The notes beneath the pieces were generated by a model. The model was not told the origin of the DNA, searched no databases, and saw nothing but the letters and a program-made list of their open reading frames with translations. Shown piece by piece: positions 40,893 to 55,710 of a stretch of DNA of 64,000 nucleotides. The position numbers and the translations under genes were made by a program. Position 1 is the stretch's first letter. Every line of letters begins with the position of its first letter. This DNA is from Octopus vulgaris (lineage: Eukaryota), in the NCBI GenBank assembly GCA_951406725.2, contig OX597820.1, forward strand, positions 68,510,001 through 68,574,000, in the 5' to 3' direction.

Positions 40893-41447
40893 AATACCCT
40901 GATGCAGTACCAGACAGTGGCTCTCATGGCTTCTGATCTTAACTGATTGGAAGTGTTATCATGTACGTTGTTTGTCTTGGTATAAAAGATCGGCTACAGC
41001 GAATATTCAGCTCAATACCACAGATTTGCTTGTCAGTTGTTTGACCTTAATCAGTTGAGCATGTCTCTTAGTGGCTGATGATATGTGCATCTCTGATCAC
41101 GAGTAGAAGTAGTGGGGTGCATCATAGCCATGTGTTGAGATGGATTCTTAGAAGTTTGAATAATTCATCTTTGGAAATATGGCTATTTCGTTCAACATCC
41201 TTAAACTTCCTTATTCAGGGACCTTTTGAGCGGGATGAGCTATTCGACCAAAAGAAACTTCTAACTGGGCCCCACTTGCAAGGTCATGCGCTGTTTATCT
41301 TGATATGAGATCACCATGTTGCGCACATATGTTTGTGATATATGTTCCAGGTGTACCCTTATCAGACGGGTAGTCATGATGGGTATACTGGGCTTCGTAT
41401 ATTCTACTCCAATGTCCACTTTCATGGCAAGCACTGATCTCTCACTC
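40893..41447. mobile_element. ~555-bp interspersed element embedded in (AAT)n
   Basis: Complex sequence bracketed on both sides by (AAT)n (40672-40892 and 41448-41537). No coding motif recognised. Confidence 0.45.
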
Positions 41448-41471
41448 AATAATAATAATAATAATAATAAC

Positions 41472-41537
<66 letters not shown>

Positions 41538-41749
41538 CGAATGTGGAGTCTGAAAACATCCCTATCATAGTGGGCATATTAGGTATGATAAAAAAATTAT
41601 TCAGACAAAATCATAGCAAAAGCACCAGGACTAACAAATATATGTAACAGAGAAAATAGCACTACTGGGGACTGCACACATCCTACACAAAACACTTTCA
41701 ATACAGTAAAAATAAGAGCATCATAAAAAACTACAGCACACACTATCAC

Positions 41750-41750
<1 letters not shown>
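41538..41750 (+). mobile_element. R4/Dong-type retrotransposon 3' fragment
   Basis: RMWSLKT..IPIIVGILGMI...KIALLGTAHILHKTLS* parallels the C-terminus of ORF 49953-51299. Directly follows (AAT)n. Confidence 0.75.
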
Positions 41751-41994
<244 letters not shown>

Positions 41995-42379
41995 TCTGTG
42001 TGTGTGTATGGATGTATACAGAAATTCTGGAATCAAATATTACGGATAAATATACAAAGAGGGCTCCGCATGAGTTAAGAAGAATTATAGAAAGAATAGC
42101 AATATCCTTATAACTTAAAGACGCAATGCTTTACTAATGAAACAACGATTTTCCAAATTCAATAGCTTTTCTGAAACTGAATAGATAAAAATAAATTCGT
42201 CTGCGTAGTTAAGGTGTTTCAGAATATTACATTGTGATTCAAGCGTTCCGAAATATTTTGATTCCTCCATGAAACTGTCTATTATCTTCGTGTAGTATTC
42301 TTAGGATGGCCGTCGTGTTTGAGTACTCACCCACCTACCTCCTCCATGTCACAAGTAACCAGCATTCCACTTTCTTTCT

Positions 42380-42690
42380 AGATTTACAGGCGCGGCCAAA
42401 AGGGAAGCAATTTGTAAAAGAGCTAAACTCGCTGCTTTCAGATCGATTTTCGTGTTTAACTTCACCTGTGGATATGAATATTGGGTTGTGACCGAAAAGA
42501 ACGATCGCAAATATAAGCACCCGTAACGAGGATTCCTCCAAAGGATGTCTGGAATAATATTACACGACAAGGAGCGTATCTCGGAGATCAGAAATTCTCA
42601 CGAGATCAAGCTGTTACTTTCCTATATTGCGGCACAGTCGCAAGTCGGATACCGTCCGGCGGTAAAACTTGGCTTAGAATAAAAAGCGAT
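42380..42690 (+). pseudogene. RTE-clade RT thumb/C-terminal fragment
   Basis: Manual translation AFRSIFVFNFTCGYEYWVVTEK...GFLQRMSGIILHDKERISEIRNS resembles RTE (LTYGxExW; FLRRIxG..DKVR..EIR). Confidence 0.6.
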
Positions 42691-42907
42691 ATGGTTGGAA
42701 AGCATCATAATCTCAGTTGGTCAAGCTTAGAAATGCAACCGGAAATTGTAAAAAAAACCAATAAATCCTTAAGATTAAAAATATATTCTGCACTAATTTT
42801 GCCGCCAAATTAAAAGTAGATAAAAGAATTAACTCTATTTCATATAAAGTGAACACTGATTGCGATAACAGAGGCAGACAAACTAATATAATAAAGATGT
42901 AACTAAT

Positions 42908-43064
42908 AGGCGTGGCTGTGTGGTAAGAAACATGATTTCTATCTACATGGGTCCGGATTCAGTCGTACTCCGTAGTATCATGGGCAAGTGTATTCTAATA
43001 TAGCTTCGAGTCGACTAGAACCTTGTGAGTGGATTTGGTAGACAGAAACTGAAAGAAGCCCGTC

Positions 43065-43104
<40 letters not shown>

Positions 43105-43305
43105 GTGTGTATGCGTGATTTGTCCCCCTCCGACCGTCGTTTGACAACCGATGTTGGTGTGTTTATGTCCCCGTCACTTAGGAAAAGATACAGATAGAAT
43201 AAGTACGAGGCTTGCAAAGAATTAGTCCTGCGGTCGATTTCTTTGACTAAAACTCTTAACTCGGAGCTCCAGCATGGCTACAATCAAATGACTGAAATAA
43301 GTTTT
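42908..43305 (+). mobile_element. SINE family A
   Basis: Matches 35600-36000. Confidence 0.8.
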
Positions 43306-43393
43306 AAAATATACGAAAGAACTAAACGTATGAATTAACTATTGAATGAATATACGATTATACAAAATGCTTATGGATATGTCTGTCTATCTG

Positions 43394-43456
<63 letters not shown>

Positions 43457-43496
43457 CTCTCTCTCTCTCTCTCTCTCTCCCTATATATATATATAT

Positions 43497-43589
<93 letters not shown>

Positions 43590-44175
43590 GTCTACATATA
43601 TACATACATATACATCTGTTTCGGGGGCGGCTATGTGTACGCGAGTGTATGCATTCCCAAAGTACATACGCATATCCATAAACACTGAGATCTATACAGG
43701 CATATAAATATAAACATTTTTGTTTATTATGATACATTTTGCGTCGATGTATATTACGAATTATGGAAAAATTCTACATTAATTAAACATTAGCTATTTC
43801 TCTGATAACCGCAACAATTTGCCATGCATTTTTCTTTCTCTCTGTAAGAGTTCGTTACATTGTAATGATATGGAAATTTCATTGCAATTTTAGATGAGTG
43901 TATTGATACACGACGATGCAATTAAGACAAAACATTTGTAATTGTTCATTTGTATACAAATATAACTTGCAAAAACTTCCGCTTTATTCCACAACTTTCG
44001 TATGTCTCACTACTCTCTAAACACAACTGCAAACTATTTTTTTTCCCTCTCCTTGTATAACTTTTATAGCCTGTAACCTTAGCAAGGAAGTTATTCTGTA
44101 GTTCTTTTATAATAAGCACCATTCACAATCTTCAACGAAGTTGTATTCTGTGAATTATTATTATTATTATTATTA

Positions 44176-44243
<68 letters not shown>

Positions 44244-44622
44244 CATTGCTGGAAGAGCTGAAGGCTTTAAAAAAACCATTGGTTATTGTCTATTCAATGA
44301 AAATAATGGATAGTTTGAGTGAAACAAAATATTTATTAAAATATTACAAATACATATTAGGAAAACAACAACAACAGCAGCAGCAACAACAATAACAGCA
44401 AAAAGAATGGAAACAACTTGGAAGGAATATTTATGATGCTATGTGTGTGTTTTGTTTAATTTGTTTCTTTGGATTTTTCAGCAAACTAAAACTGCAGCAG
44501 TGGCAATGTTGTTGCTGTTGTTGTCGCTGCTGCTACTGTGTGTGATTATAATGATGATAATGGCGATTATGACGATGACAACAACGACGACGATGACGAC
44601 GATGATGATCATTATGATGAGA

Positions 44623-44687
<65 letters not shown>

Positions 44688-44995
44688 TTGCTAGAATGTG
44701 GACTGTGAAATTGCAAGGATGTGGGATATGAGGACAGTGTCTGTCAACCCAGGAGTTGCAGGGGCACGCGGAAGGATAACAACAAAGTTCGGGAAATATG
44801 TCAGAGAAACTGGAAGTAACATGAGAGCAGAGCAGACCCAACAAACGTCTCTGCTGGGGACAGCTAGGAGTTTGATATACGTTCTTATATTTTGAAAATC
44901 TTCCACGATAATTAACATCAAATTTTCAAATCTTAAAATTTGCAGAATCAACCAGAGAAAATAAGACTGAGGGCTATGCGAAGTAAAATAACAAA
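44688..44995 (+). mobile_element. R4/Dong-type retrotransposon 3' fragment (another family)
   Basis: ORF 44698-44895 EIARMWDMRTVSVNPGVAGARG...QQTSLLGTARSL parallels the RLE C-terminus. Follows (AAT)n. Confidence 0.65.
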
Positions 44996-45004
44996 ATAAT
45001 AATT

Positions 45005-46735
45005 TCTTTCTTAACCACGAAGGGTTTACATTAAGAAAACATTGTGGGTAACACTGGACTAATAGAATGTGAGATTACATGAAAATTGAGTAAACAATTT
45101 AGAACAATCGAAGATAACAACAAAATTCCCTAAAGAGAGAGACCTCCTAGGAGTGCCTGTGGAAACCTCACAAATCCACGAGTGTACGGGCATACGTTCT
45201 TCATTTTGTCTACAAGCTCTTGCATAGAGTAGGCCCACACACACGGTTCATTCGCGCTTCATTCACCTACCTGTTAAGAAAATTACTGGCAGGCAGCACT
45301 TCCCTCTCCATCACTTTCTTTTCCAAGTGAAACTTAAAAAAAGTTGATAAAAGTTTGGCCAAAGAGGAAAGTGTCTCTCTTCAGCGCTTTCAATCTAGTC
45401 CACTACACAACTTCTTTCGTTAAGTCTATCAAGCAAAGAGAAACAAATTTCCCTTTCCGGCCAAAGGAAGGCGGCGGGACTATCTTCGCAATGAACTCAG
45501 CCGATAACCAGGTGTTCAACATAAACCGATAAGTCAGATATACTCGGGCACTGGACGAAAGCATGCAGAACGATTTCGTCGTTCTGCACGCATCTCGGGC
45601 AAGTCCGGCTGACTGCACTTCTGTCCCTGTAGAGTTTATTCCGAACAGTCAGTGCTCACCGATATCACTGCCAGGCCAAGGATTTTTGAAAATAATACAT
45701 AGGTCCTGGCCCGAAAGTTCTCCGGAACAAACCAGCCAACATATTCTCATCGACACCCAAATTCTCCCCGAGAACGTCGTCGTACTTACCCGATACTTTT
45801 ATTCTCTATAGAAAAACAGACCCTTCCACCGATCGCATTGCCCGACTGGAAGAAGAGTGTGAGCGCCTGACGATAATCTAGGTGAAATCTAGGTGCGAGG
45901 CTCTCTGCCTCGGTCTACTTGTGATCCAGATCTGCAGCTGAGTCGGCTGTGAGAAATCTTCTCTGAAAAACGGCGATCACTCCTGCTCACCGTCTAGAAA
46001 CGTTGGAGATGTCGCAGCCTCAGCACATGTCTGCGCATTAATATCCACGACATACCCGACCCTCTGTTTAGCGGGTGTTGTCAGCAAATAGAGTGCCTGG
46101 TCATTGGAATGCGCCCCTTCCACAGAAAGCAAAAGAGTAAGGGCTCCAGTTTGTTCAGACTTGAAACGAGACATGACCCGACGGTGAAGCGGTAGTAGAT
46201 AACGGATGCGGTGTATGCTTTCGCCACCTCTGCCCGACCTTTCAGAGATAGTTTACTTTCAGCCCATTCCTAAATGACATTGGCCACCCTGCTTGCCACC
46301 TCGTTTCAATTCTTCCGTTCAACGTCCCACGACGCTGTTGGAAGGCATGGATCTGCCTCTCCAGGTACTGAGTTGCAGAGCCTCTAACTTCTGGTTAACT
46401 TTAGATCCTGTGTCCGCCTCGTATTCTTTTAGAGCGCTGATAAGCAGGTCTGTGTGCCGGTAGTTCGACACTATGATGGTGACGTTGCCCGCGTATATCT
46501 ACACAGTTCTACGTCCTAGTTCGCTCGGGATGCCTCTCAACGCCTCCAATTTCCGCAGAAGTGGCACAAGAGTCATTACATACCAGATGACGGGAGGGGT
46601 CACCCTTGCTGGACCAAACGTCCGATGCTGAATGGTTCCCATATTTAACCATTCACCCGGATTACCGAGCAAATGTCGATGTATATTGCTGCGATATAGT
46701 CACGGAAACCGGGACAAAAGTTCTGGTCTTGCGCC
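45005..46735 (-). mobile_element. L1/Tx1-like non-LTR retrotransposon remnant, internally deleted
   Basis: Reverse-strand translation IYAGNVTIIVS (YADD-like), ALKEYEADTGSKVNQK..LQLSTW and KLSLKGRAEVAKAYTASVIYYRFTV are L1/Tx1 RT-thumb motifs. GC-richer than the flanks. Confidence 0.7.
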
Positions 46736-46764
46736 TATAATAAATAGGATTATTATAATTATTT

Positions 46765-49668
46765 ATTGTCTTTGCACAGCTTCTAACACTGGAGATGTAC
46801 TACGATGTCAGCTGTCCACTACCAGTGAACTAAAGTAACACCTCTTATTTTTCGAGCACTATCCGGAGTATTCGAGCGGTTCCAAGCAGTGCTGTTTTCT
46901 GCAAGTTCTCCACCCTTATTGCAGCCCCTATTTTTTCCATGTACTTCTCGAGATTTTCACTTACTGTACCCAGGGCTCCGGCAATTACTGGTACTACTAC
47001 CATCTTTTTCAGTGACCACAACTACTTAACTTCCCAAGCTAACCTGCCATATCTATCGACTTTTCTTTCTTCCTTATTCCAGACCTTGTTGTCAGCTGGG
47101 CATGCTATGTCTATGACCCCGCATCGTTTGCTTTCTTTCTGAATTAACACAAAATCTGGCTTCCCATTCTTTATCGCATGGTCGCATTGAATCATAAAAT
47201 CCCATAGGATTTTTGCATTATTATTTTCGATGTGGCTTCGGGTTTATGTTCGTACCACTTTTTTGCTCTGCTAAGTCCATACTTGTTGCAAAGTGTCCAA
47301 TGGACAATCCTTCGTATTTTGTCACGACATCTCTAATATACTTTCTGAGCTAGTGGCATACATCGACTGGTAATATGACATACGGTTTCACCATTTAGTG
47401 CAGAGATTCTGCGTTCATCACTTTCTGATGTATTGTCTATTCTGTATTTGATGTAATTAGTTCTTAAAGTTTGCTCTTGGGCAGCACAAATTAGAGACCC
47501 CGTTTCCGGTTTTAAATCACTTTTAGTCATCCATAGCCATCTTTTTTCTCCGTCTGTCTTATCTTCAACATTCTTATGAAATTCTCCATGCATTCCTTTC
47601 TTTATCCACCTATTTCTGTTTCACTCACTCCCAAGTGCTTGTACAGTGCTTATCTTTGCAATCTTCCATCCTACACGAGTCTGACCTTCTTATTTCCAAT
47701 AATAGTGGTTCTGTAGCATTTTTTCATACCATATTATATTGTTTTCTTCTGCTATAATGCTGTGTTCGCATCGAATCAGTCCCATTCCTCCCTTTTCCTT
47801 GGTACATACAGCCTGTCTGTGTCATTTTTGGGTGGGGTATGCCATGTCTAGTCAGCAACTTCCGTGTCTTTCTGTCTAAGTTTTTAGTTCGTCTACTGCC
47901 CATGCGATTACCCCTGCTCCATATCTAAGGAAGGAAACCGCCCAGATGTTGATAGCTTCAATCATATTCCGTCCGTTTAATTTCGATTAAAGGATCAGTC
48001 TCAGTCTGTGCAAGTACTTCATCGTAATTTTTTTCTGTCATTTCTTTCTCCATCAATTTATCCATTTCCAATATCCCCAAGTACTTATAGCCCGTCTCTT
48101 CTATCTGCTTCATACCCTCCTCCGAAGTTGTCGCTAGCCCGTCCATACATTTCATTTTGCCCCTATTCGAGACCAACACACCACACTTTTACCGCCCGAA
48201 CTCCATTCTGATATCAACACTGAAAGTATGCACCGTATCAACGAGGGAACTGACATGGGATTCATCTTTACCATAAAGTTTGAAGATATCCATGAATAAC
48301 AAGTGGCTGACTTTTTGTTGGCGGCTCTTGAAGACATTTTTTGCTCTACTAAGTCCATACTTGAAGCCTTTGCTTTCCTCAGAATCAGTGTTAGTTGAAT
48401 CATGCACAGTACAAAGATCAATGGGGACAGACAGTCCCCTTGGAAGAAGCCTCTCCTGATTTCTATTGTCCCTAAACTTCTTCCATGTGCTGTCATTTCT
48501 GTCCTCCATATCGCCAAACTTTTTCCAACCAGCCGCTCAACATTCGATGAAATACCAAATATTTTCATACATTTCATAATCCAAGAATGTAGGATCATAT
48601 CGTACGATAATCGATCCATGACATGACTAAGTTAATTTTCTTCCACTTACAGTTTCTAAGTACAGTTTTGTCTACCAAGAGTTGATCCTTAGTACCTCTG
48701 CACTTACGCTTGCAACTCATCTGCTCATGTTGCAGGACTCCATTTTTTACCAGATGTCCGTACATTGACTCTGCGCCTATTCCAGTTGATAATTTTCACA
48801 TAAGTGGCAAGCAGACTATCGGCCTGTAATTGTCTATCGTATTGCCTTTTTCGATGTTTTCAAGCACAGCACTATTCTACCCAATGTCAACTACACTGGT
48901 GTTACTTAGTCGGTGTTGAGTTGTGCAGCTATTCGTGCATAACCTTTACCAAATCTTTTGATCCAGTAGCCTTGAACGCCATCTTGCGCCGGGGCCTTCC
49001 AGTTTCCACCTTTTTTGTGGATTCCCTTCACTTCCTTAACCGAAATAACTAGTTCTGTCTGTTTTGAGCAGACTACTGCTTGTTTCAGTTCCTTCAACCA
49101 TTCAGCATCCTTCTTGTGCTCCTTGTCTTTGTTCCAGATATCACTCCAATCCTTTGACTTTCAATGTTATCTGGTACCAACTTTTCATCTGTAACTTTTC
49201 ATTTATTTCTTTGTTGAATCTTTTCTGAGCTACTCTGATTAACCTCTTCTGCAGGTAATTCTTCATTCTTTGGTCGTATCTTACAATCTTTGCTTTCTTT
49301 GCAACGAAGCACAGTTTCAGTTCCTCCATTACCACTATCAGGGCTTCTCTTTCAATATTATACTTTCTGTTCAGGCCTCTGTATTTTTGTTCGCTTTTAA
49401 GCACCCCCTTTTCTTTTCAGTCTAACACAGAAATATCCTTCGAGAGCATATCTAAACCCGTCTATGTTCTTCTTTTCCATCATAGATCTTTTCTTTTGTC
49501 ACCCTCTTTATATTTCTTTTTCTTGACATCTACACCCACGTTTTCTGCTACAACAATATTTGCTACCTTGATCAAATTATTTGTTTCTGTGATATTTTTT
49601 GTTCTAATGTATTTCAAAATTTCCTTCACATTTTTCGTTTCTTGGTTCAATTTCCACCGATCAACCAT
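46765..49668 (-). mobile_element. Older R4/Dong-type RLE non-LTR retrotransposon, heavily frameshifted
   Basis: Fragments NWKAPAQDGVQGYWIK; YDMILHSW...IRRGFFQGDCLSPLIF; HLLFMDIFKLY; YKYLGI; MHGEF...LKPETGSLICAAQEQTLRTN. Confidence 0.85.
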
Positions 49669-49700
<32 letters not shown>

Positions 49701-49722
49701 TATTATTATTATTATTATTATT

Positions 49723-51633
49723 CTATATTTGACTTTTGCTTTATATTTGTACAAGTTGGCTCCAAGTCTCACCCAGAGACCTCAAGAGACAACAGGTTGG
49801 AAGTTCATGTTGTTGTTATGCCTAGTGTGCCATATATATATATATTTTTTTTTTGGGGGGGGGAGTTTTTGGTGTTGTACTAATGAATGTCTAAAAAAAA
49901 AAATTTTTTTTTTATTTTAAACCGAAAATTATGTTTGTTTTAAACCTTGAGATTACATAGAAAGTATTTTGCGTAGGATATGAGCAGTTCCCATGAGCAC
50001 TATCTTTTGAATTTCTGCCATTTTTGGGTTTCCTGGTATCTGAGTTAGGTAGCTATCAGCCCCTTTTGCTATCATTCCCAGGGCACCTATGACAACAGGT
50101 ATTGTTTTAGTCTTCAGGTTCCACATTTTGCTGATTTCTATTTCAAGATCTTTATATTTGCTCAGTTTTTGGTAGGTCTTCACAGATACGTTTATATCGA
50201 TTGGGACAGTCATATCAATGAGGAAACATGTTCTTTGTTTGAAGTCTTTCAATATGATGTCTGGCCTATTTGCATCTATCTTTCTGTCAGTTTGAATGGT
50301 GAAGTTCCAGAGGAGTGAGATGTGGTCATTTTCAAGCACTGGGGGTGGTTTGTGTTCCCACCAGTTTTTTTCATGGGGCAAATCCAGGTTTTTGCAGATT
50401 ACCCTGTGAATATATTGTCCAGCTCTATCGTGTCTGTTGAGATACTCTGTAGGCGCTAGAAGACTGCACTTGGAGACCACATGGTCAATGGTTTCATTTT
50501 GTTGCTGGCATACACGACACGTTGGACTGCTTCTGATCTTTAATATGTTGGCCTGGTAGTTTCTTGCTGGTAGGCATTGATCTTGAGCTGCTATGATAAA
50601 CCCCTCTGTTTCAGATTTTAAGCCAGAGGCCATTAGCCATTCATGGGTCAGGGCTTTGTCAACATCTGCATTATTTGCTCTCTTTGGGTATTTGCCATAG
50701 AGAGGTTTTTCTTGCCATTTATCATTCAGAATATCTAAGGCCGCAGATTTAGCACGGGTTTTCATGCGCTTAGCTTTTTCTGTGCCTGTTTCTTGTATGT
50801 CTATCTCTAATTCCGAAATTTGTTGTATTCGGAATTCACTTAGATATTCCTTTGCCTGTTTTGTTACTGAGTATGATGCTTTCTTGTTTTCATGTTTTGA
50901 GACAAGTTTTAACATCCAGTCCTCAGAGTTTTTCAGGCAGGTGTCTAGGCCAATTGTAGCAATCTTCATTGTTATTGCCAGTTGTAAAAGTCCACGGCCT
51001 CCCACTTTTCTTGGCAGATAAAATCGTTCTGTATCTGCCTTAGGGTGGTGCATTCTATGCATTGTCAACAGTTTTCGTATTTTTCTGTCAAGATTACATA
51101 TTTCAGTAATTGACCAGTTAACGATATTGAAACTGTAAGTCACAACTGGTATGGCTAATGCATTGATCGCTTCGATCCTGTTTCTCGCATTCAGCTCTGT
51201 CTTGAGTATTGCTCTTACTCTGCGATAACATTCTCTCCTGATCCTTTCCTTCATCTCTGAATGCCTTATTCCGTTCCCTTCAACTACCCCTAGGTACATT
51301 TAGCTCTCCGCTGGGTCTAGTTCTTTTATGACATTCTGCTGGTCAAGGTTAACGTTAGATGTTTCTGTCATTTTTCCTTTGATTAAGGTAGCTTTTGCAC
51401 ATTTATCGAGGCCGAATTGCATTCTGATATCGTCACTGAATTGTTTGACTATCGCTAGTAAGCCCTTGAGTTGTTGGTCATTTTTTGCAAAGAGCTTTAA
51501 ATCATCCATGTAAATGAGATGATTTATATTTTTATCAAACATTTTATACCCGTACTGCGCGTCATTGAGCAGTTTTGAGAGAGGTATTAAGGCTAAACAG
51601 AAGAGGAGTGGTGATAGTGAGTCACCCTGGAAA

Positions 51634-51635
<2 letters not shown>
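49723..51635 (-). mobile_element. Young 5'-truncated R4/Dong-type retrotransposon inserted in (ATT)n
   Basis: Flanked by (ATT)n on both sides. Coding part plus ~230-nt 3' UTR; the 3' end recurs at 58025-58336. Confidence 0.9.
49953..51635 (-). pseudogene. RT (partial), CCHC knuckle and restriction-like endonuclease; one nonsense codon at 51300-51302
   Basis: FQGDSLSPLLF; YMDDLKL; YLPRKVGGRGL; CRVC..ETIDHVVSKC; RHD; RPDII..LIDMTVP..K..KY. ORFs 51300-51542 and 49953-51299 are contiguous and in frame. Confidence 0.92.
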
Positions 51636-51690
<55 letters not shown>

Positions 51691-51890
51691 GGCGGCGAGC
51701 TGGCTGAATCGTTAGTACGCTGGACGAAATGCTTAACAGTTTTTCGCCCGTCACTACGTTTTCAGTTCAAATTCCGCCGAGGAAGACTTTCATCGTTTCA
51801 GGGTCGATAAATTAATTACCAGTGAAACACTGGAATCGACGTAATCGACTTCCCCGTCCCCAAAATTTCAAGCCTTATGCCTATAGTAGA

Positions 51891-51933
<43 letters not shown>

Positions 51934-52128
51934 GCCGCGAGCTGGTAGAATCGTTAGCATCCTGGACGAAATGCTTAGATGTATTTCGCCTGTCGCCACG
52001 TTCAGAGTTCTAATTCCACCGAGTTCGACTTTGCCTTCCATTCTTTTCGTACCAGTGGAGCACTGTGGTCGTTGTAATCGTCTATGTCCCTCTCCCAAAT
52101 TTCAGGCCTCGTGCGTAAAGAAGAAAGG

Positions 52129-52197
<69 letters not shown>
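51691..52197 (+). mobile_element. Two tandem SINE family B copies (51691-51893, 51934-52130), each ending in an (ATT)n tail
   Basis: ggcggcgagctggctgaatcgttag...agaaagtattatt and cgcgagctggtagaatcgttag...gaaaggattatt. Confidence 0.82.
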
Positions 52198-52810
52198 TTT
52201 ATTACATCTTTTATTTACTACAGTGATGTAGGGGAGAGGGGAATACCAGCAGACAACAACAGTGTCGGAGGTTACATACAAGATGAGGGAAAAGAACGAA
52301 ATGAGATAAAACATATATAGGAAGCTTACATCTATGTTGTGTAGGATGTAAACGAATGGTTTAAGAAGACCATACCATTCATTTCTTGTTATAATTAATG
52401 AGGAATTCTTAAGGAAACAATTGCAAAGTACCACATATCGCCATAATTAATTCATACTGTAGATTGACTTGAATTGTCTCGAGTTTTGAAGTTGCTGAAT
52501 CGCGAGATGTGCAAGCAATTGACGCAATCGGTAAATGAAATTAAAATTTTAACATATATATTAAGAGACACGAGAAATTATTCAGAATCTTCGTTAATAG
52601 GATTATATAGAAATGTTTTCTCTTAAAACCTTAATGATATTTGCAATTTTTACCAAGGATATTGCAGCTGATAAAAAGGATTAACATGAATAATACATCA
52701 GGTATTACAGGTTTTATGGAATTGGAGAAAATACGCGTATAACGATTCAGATGTGTTAGCTACAGACACACATACACTTATACATACATATATATATATA
52801 TATATATTAA

Positions 52811-52853
<43 letters not shown>

Positions 52854-52857
52854 TATA

Positions 52858-52932
<75 letters not shown>

Positions 52933-53017
52933 CATATATATATTTATATATATATATAGATATAGATATATATATACACACAAAAACACTCTCACACACA
53001 GTTATACATATGTAGAC

Positions 53018-53090
<73 letters not shown>

Positions 53091-53564
53091 GAATAATAGA
53101 TAAGCGTATATATGTCTACAGATTTATATGCATATACATATTTGTATAGATTTAAGTCTACACATTCATTTACATATTTATATGTACGCACACACTGATA
53201 TGTATACACATTCATGTATACAGACATATACATACGTGTGTGGTGTTTGTAAGTACGCACACTTGTGTGGTTGTGTGTGTGTGTACGTGTGAATGGTGAG
53301 AGATAAGGAATATGTACATTATTTATAAACGATAATTTAAGTACACTTTTTCAGCTATATATTCCTGAGTGCATGGGTCCTTGTTTAAGAAATTTATAAC
53401 AACATCACATGATCATTGGATAAAACCCCATACGCTCCCATTCCCTTGTCAACCGTGTCTGTGTGTATTCGATTTTTTTTTGTGATAGTACTTGTTACTC
53501 TTTATCTCATTACTACTCTGCTCGAGAGGACTTACGATTATGATCAAAGGTGTATTATTTCATC

Positions 53565-53785
53565 TTTTTATTTTACCTGTTTCCGTCATTGAACTGCTGC
53601 AACGACGGTACATCGGCTTGAAGGGTTTCGTACAAGAAATGGACCTCAGCACTAATTATTTTTAAGGTCTCGTACTTAATCTGTCGGTTTCTTTTGGCGA
53701 ACTGCTAATTTTCGGGGACGTAAAGAAATCCACCCAGTGATGGGTGACAAACACGAATACACACAAACATAGGCACTTATACATG
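53565..53785 (-). mobile_element. SINE family A 3' part, degenerate
   Basis: Similarity to 11365-11580. Confidence 0.55.
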
Positions 53786-53935
53786 TGTATGTATGTCTCT
53801 GTGTGTCTATATATATATAAATAAATAAATAAATAAATATATATATATATATGTATATATACATATGAATTAATATGAATATATATATATATATATATAT
53901 TTGTGTGTGTGTATGTGCATATATATATGTACATA

Positions 53936-53983
<48 letters not shown>

Positions 53984-54169
53984 TATATATATATATATGT
54001 ATATACATATATCTGTTGTGCATCCAGAGTTCGCATCTTAGACCAATTTAATGTATTGCGTCACGTGATCAATCGTACTATAGTTCTTATAGAAACCTGC
54101 TCGCCCTCTCTGTTGTTGGTCGTCGAGGATTTTTCATAGTCTAGTGACTATGATCTTTCTAAACAGCCT

Positions 54170-55450
54170 ATAGATGTGAGAATAGATATGAGGCAATATT
54201 GTTTTAATATTCTGTATCATCATTTTGTTTCAAGTGAAGTGGTATTTTTAGTCTTTTCACAGTGAAGGTATATTACCCTTCATCTGGTAGCAGGTCTTCC
54301 GCAGGCTCCTGTTGGCTAGCAGGTTTTGGTTTTGACTCCTTCTTACTTTCGTGTTTCACATCAAAGGACTTGACACATTGATTTTTTATTGAGACATGCG
54401 TAGCTTATTTTTTCTCATGTCCTCATCACGAATTTTTGCCGTACCATTCAATACTTTTTGTGTTGAATGGGATTACTACTGAGACATCCTACAACATGCG
54501 CCTTTTATGGTCTAGGCTGTAGTCAATTTCATTTTTGTGTTGAGTATTTTTGTGTTGAGCATGTCCAGGTTCGTCATCTTCCAGGCTGCTTCCTGTAGAG
54601 GCCATTACCGATGTAAAGCCTTCTAGTTTCTACCATGGTAAACACATCTTCTTCCCTTTTGTTTCCCTTTCCTGATCCAAATTTACCATCATATTTCACT
54701 CTCTGCAGTCATTTTCCAACCTTTGCGTCTAAATCTCCCGCCACTATAGCATACGTGGAACTGTGCACTAGCGCTTTCTGTAGCTCTTGGTAGAATGAAT
54801 TTTTTCTACTTCGTCGTCCACGCTCGTATCCTGTGGGAACAGAGTCAAGCTGATTTTCTGGGTGGCAATTTTTGAGAGACTAATATTTCGTACTCCGATT
54901 CGTGGTAAAGGCAATTGGTAAGAAAAAATGTTCGAAGCCCGTTCTTTGCTTACGGTGAACAATATACAATCTGTTGCACTCGCACCTTTCGCTATTTCTC
55001 CGTCTCACTTTTATTTTTTTCGTTGACGTCTACCACAGAGCCGTAGCACATCGCATTTGGTTTTCTTATTCTTCTCCATTAGATGGGGCATTCCGCTTCT
55101 CCCTCTCAAAGACCAGCAGATATAGGTGCATAAGGCAAGTGTTTTTTTCTAATTCTTTGGTGAACTATTGGTACCTTAGATTCTTAGCAGCCTCTGGTAG
55201 CTCTGATTTCGCTCCATTGCCATAGAGAGGTCCGATTAATCTGCAGGATACTGAGGCGTATTCCTTTGTATTATTTTAGCTTTTAATACGAAGCCACCCC
55301 ATTAGCTAGGCGGGTAGGCTATTTATTACCTCTTCAGTTTAGCTCGATTTCAACCTTTAGCAAATAGGCTACGTACTAGCTTCCGCGAGGTAATCCTTTG
55401 GTTTGACATGCCATGGCGTATACCTCGCTACCATAGCTACAGCACAACCA
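54170..55450 (-). pseudogene. Highly decayed RTE-like non-LTR element (APE-like traces)
   Basis: Reverse strand ..TSVDDEVEK/FYQELQKAL.. resembles RTE AP-endonuclease. Very degenerate. Confidence 0.4.
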
Positions 55451-55567
55451 CTGTGACTGCTGCACACTATGAAGTACTGAAGCAGGATTTAGCAACAGAT
55501 ATGCACACATGTATATACATGTATATACCTGTACGTGTATATACCTGTATATAACATGTATATAACG

Positions 55568-55710
55568 AACTTTTTTCAGCTTCCGTCTACTAAACCACTT
55601 ACACTGATTTTGGTCGGTTCGAGGTTATACTAGAAGATACTAGCTGCAGGTGCAACGCAGTAGGACTGAACTCGGACCTATATTCCTATCAGACATCCAC
55701 GCCTGTTCCT
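55568..55710 (-). mobile_element. SINE family A 5' part, degenerate
   Basis: ttcagcttccgtctac...acgcagtaggactgaactcgg. Confidence 0.6.
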
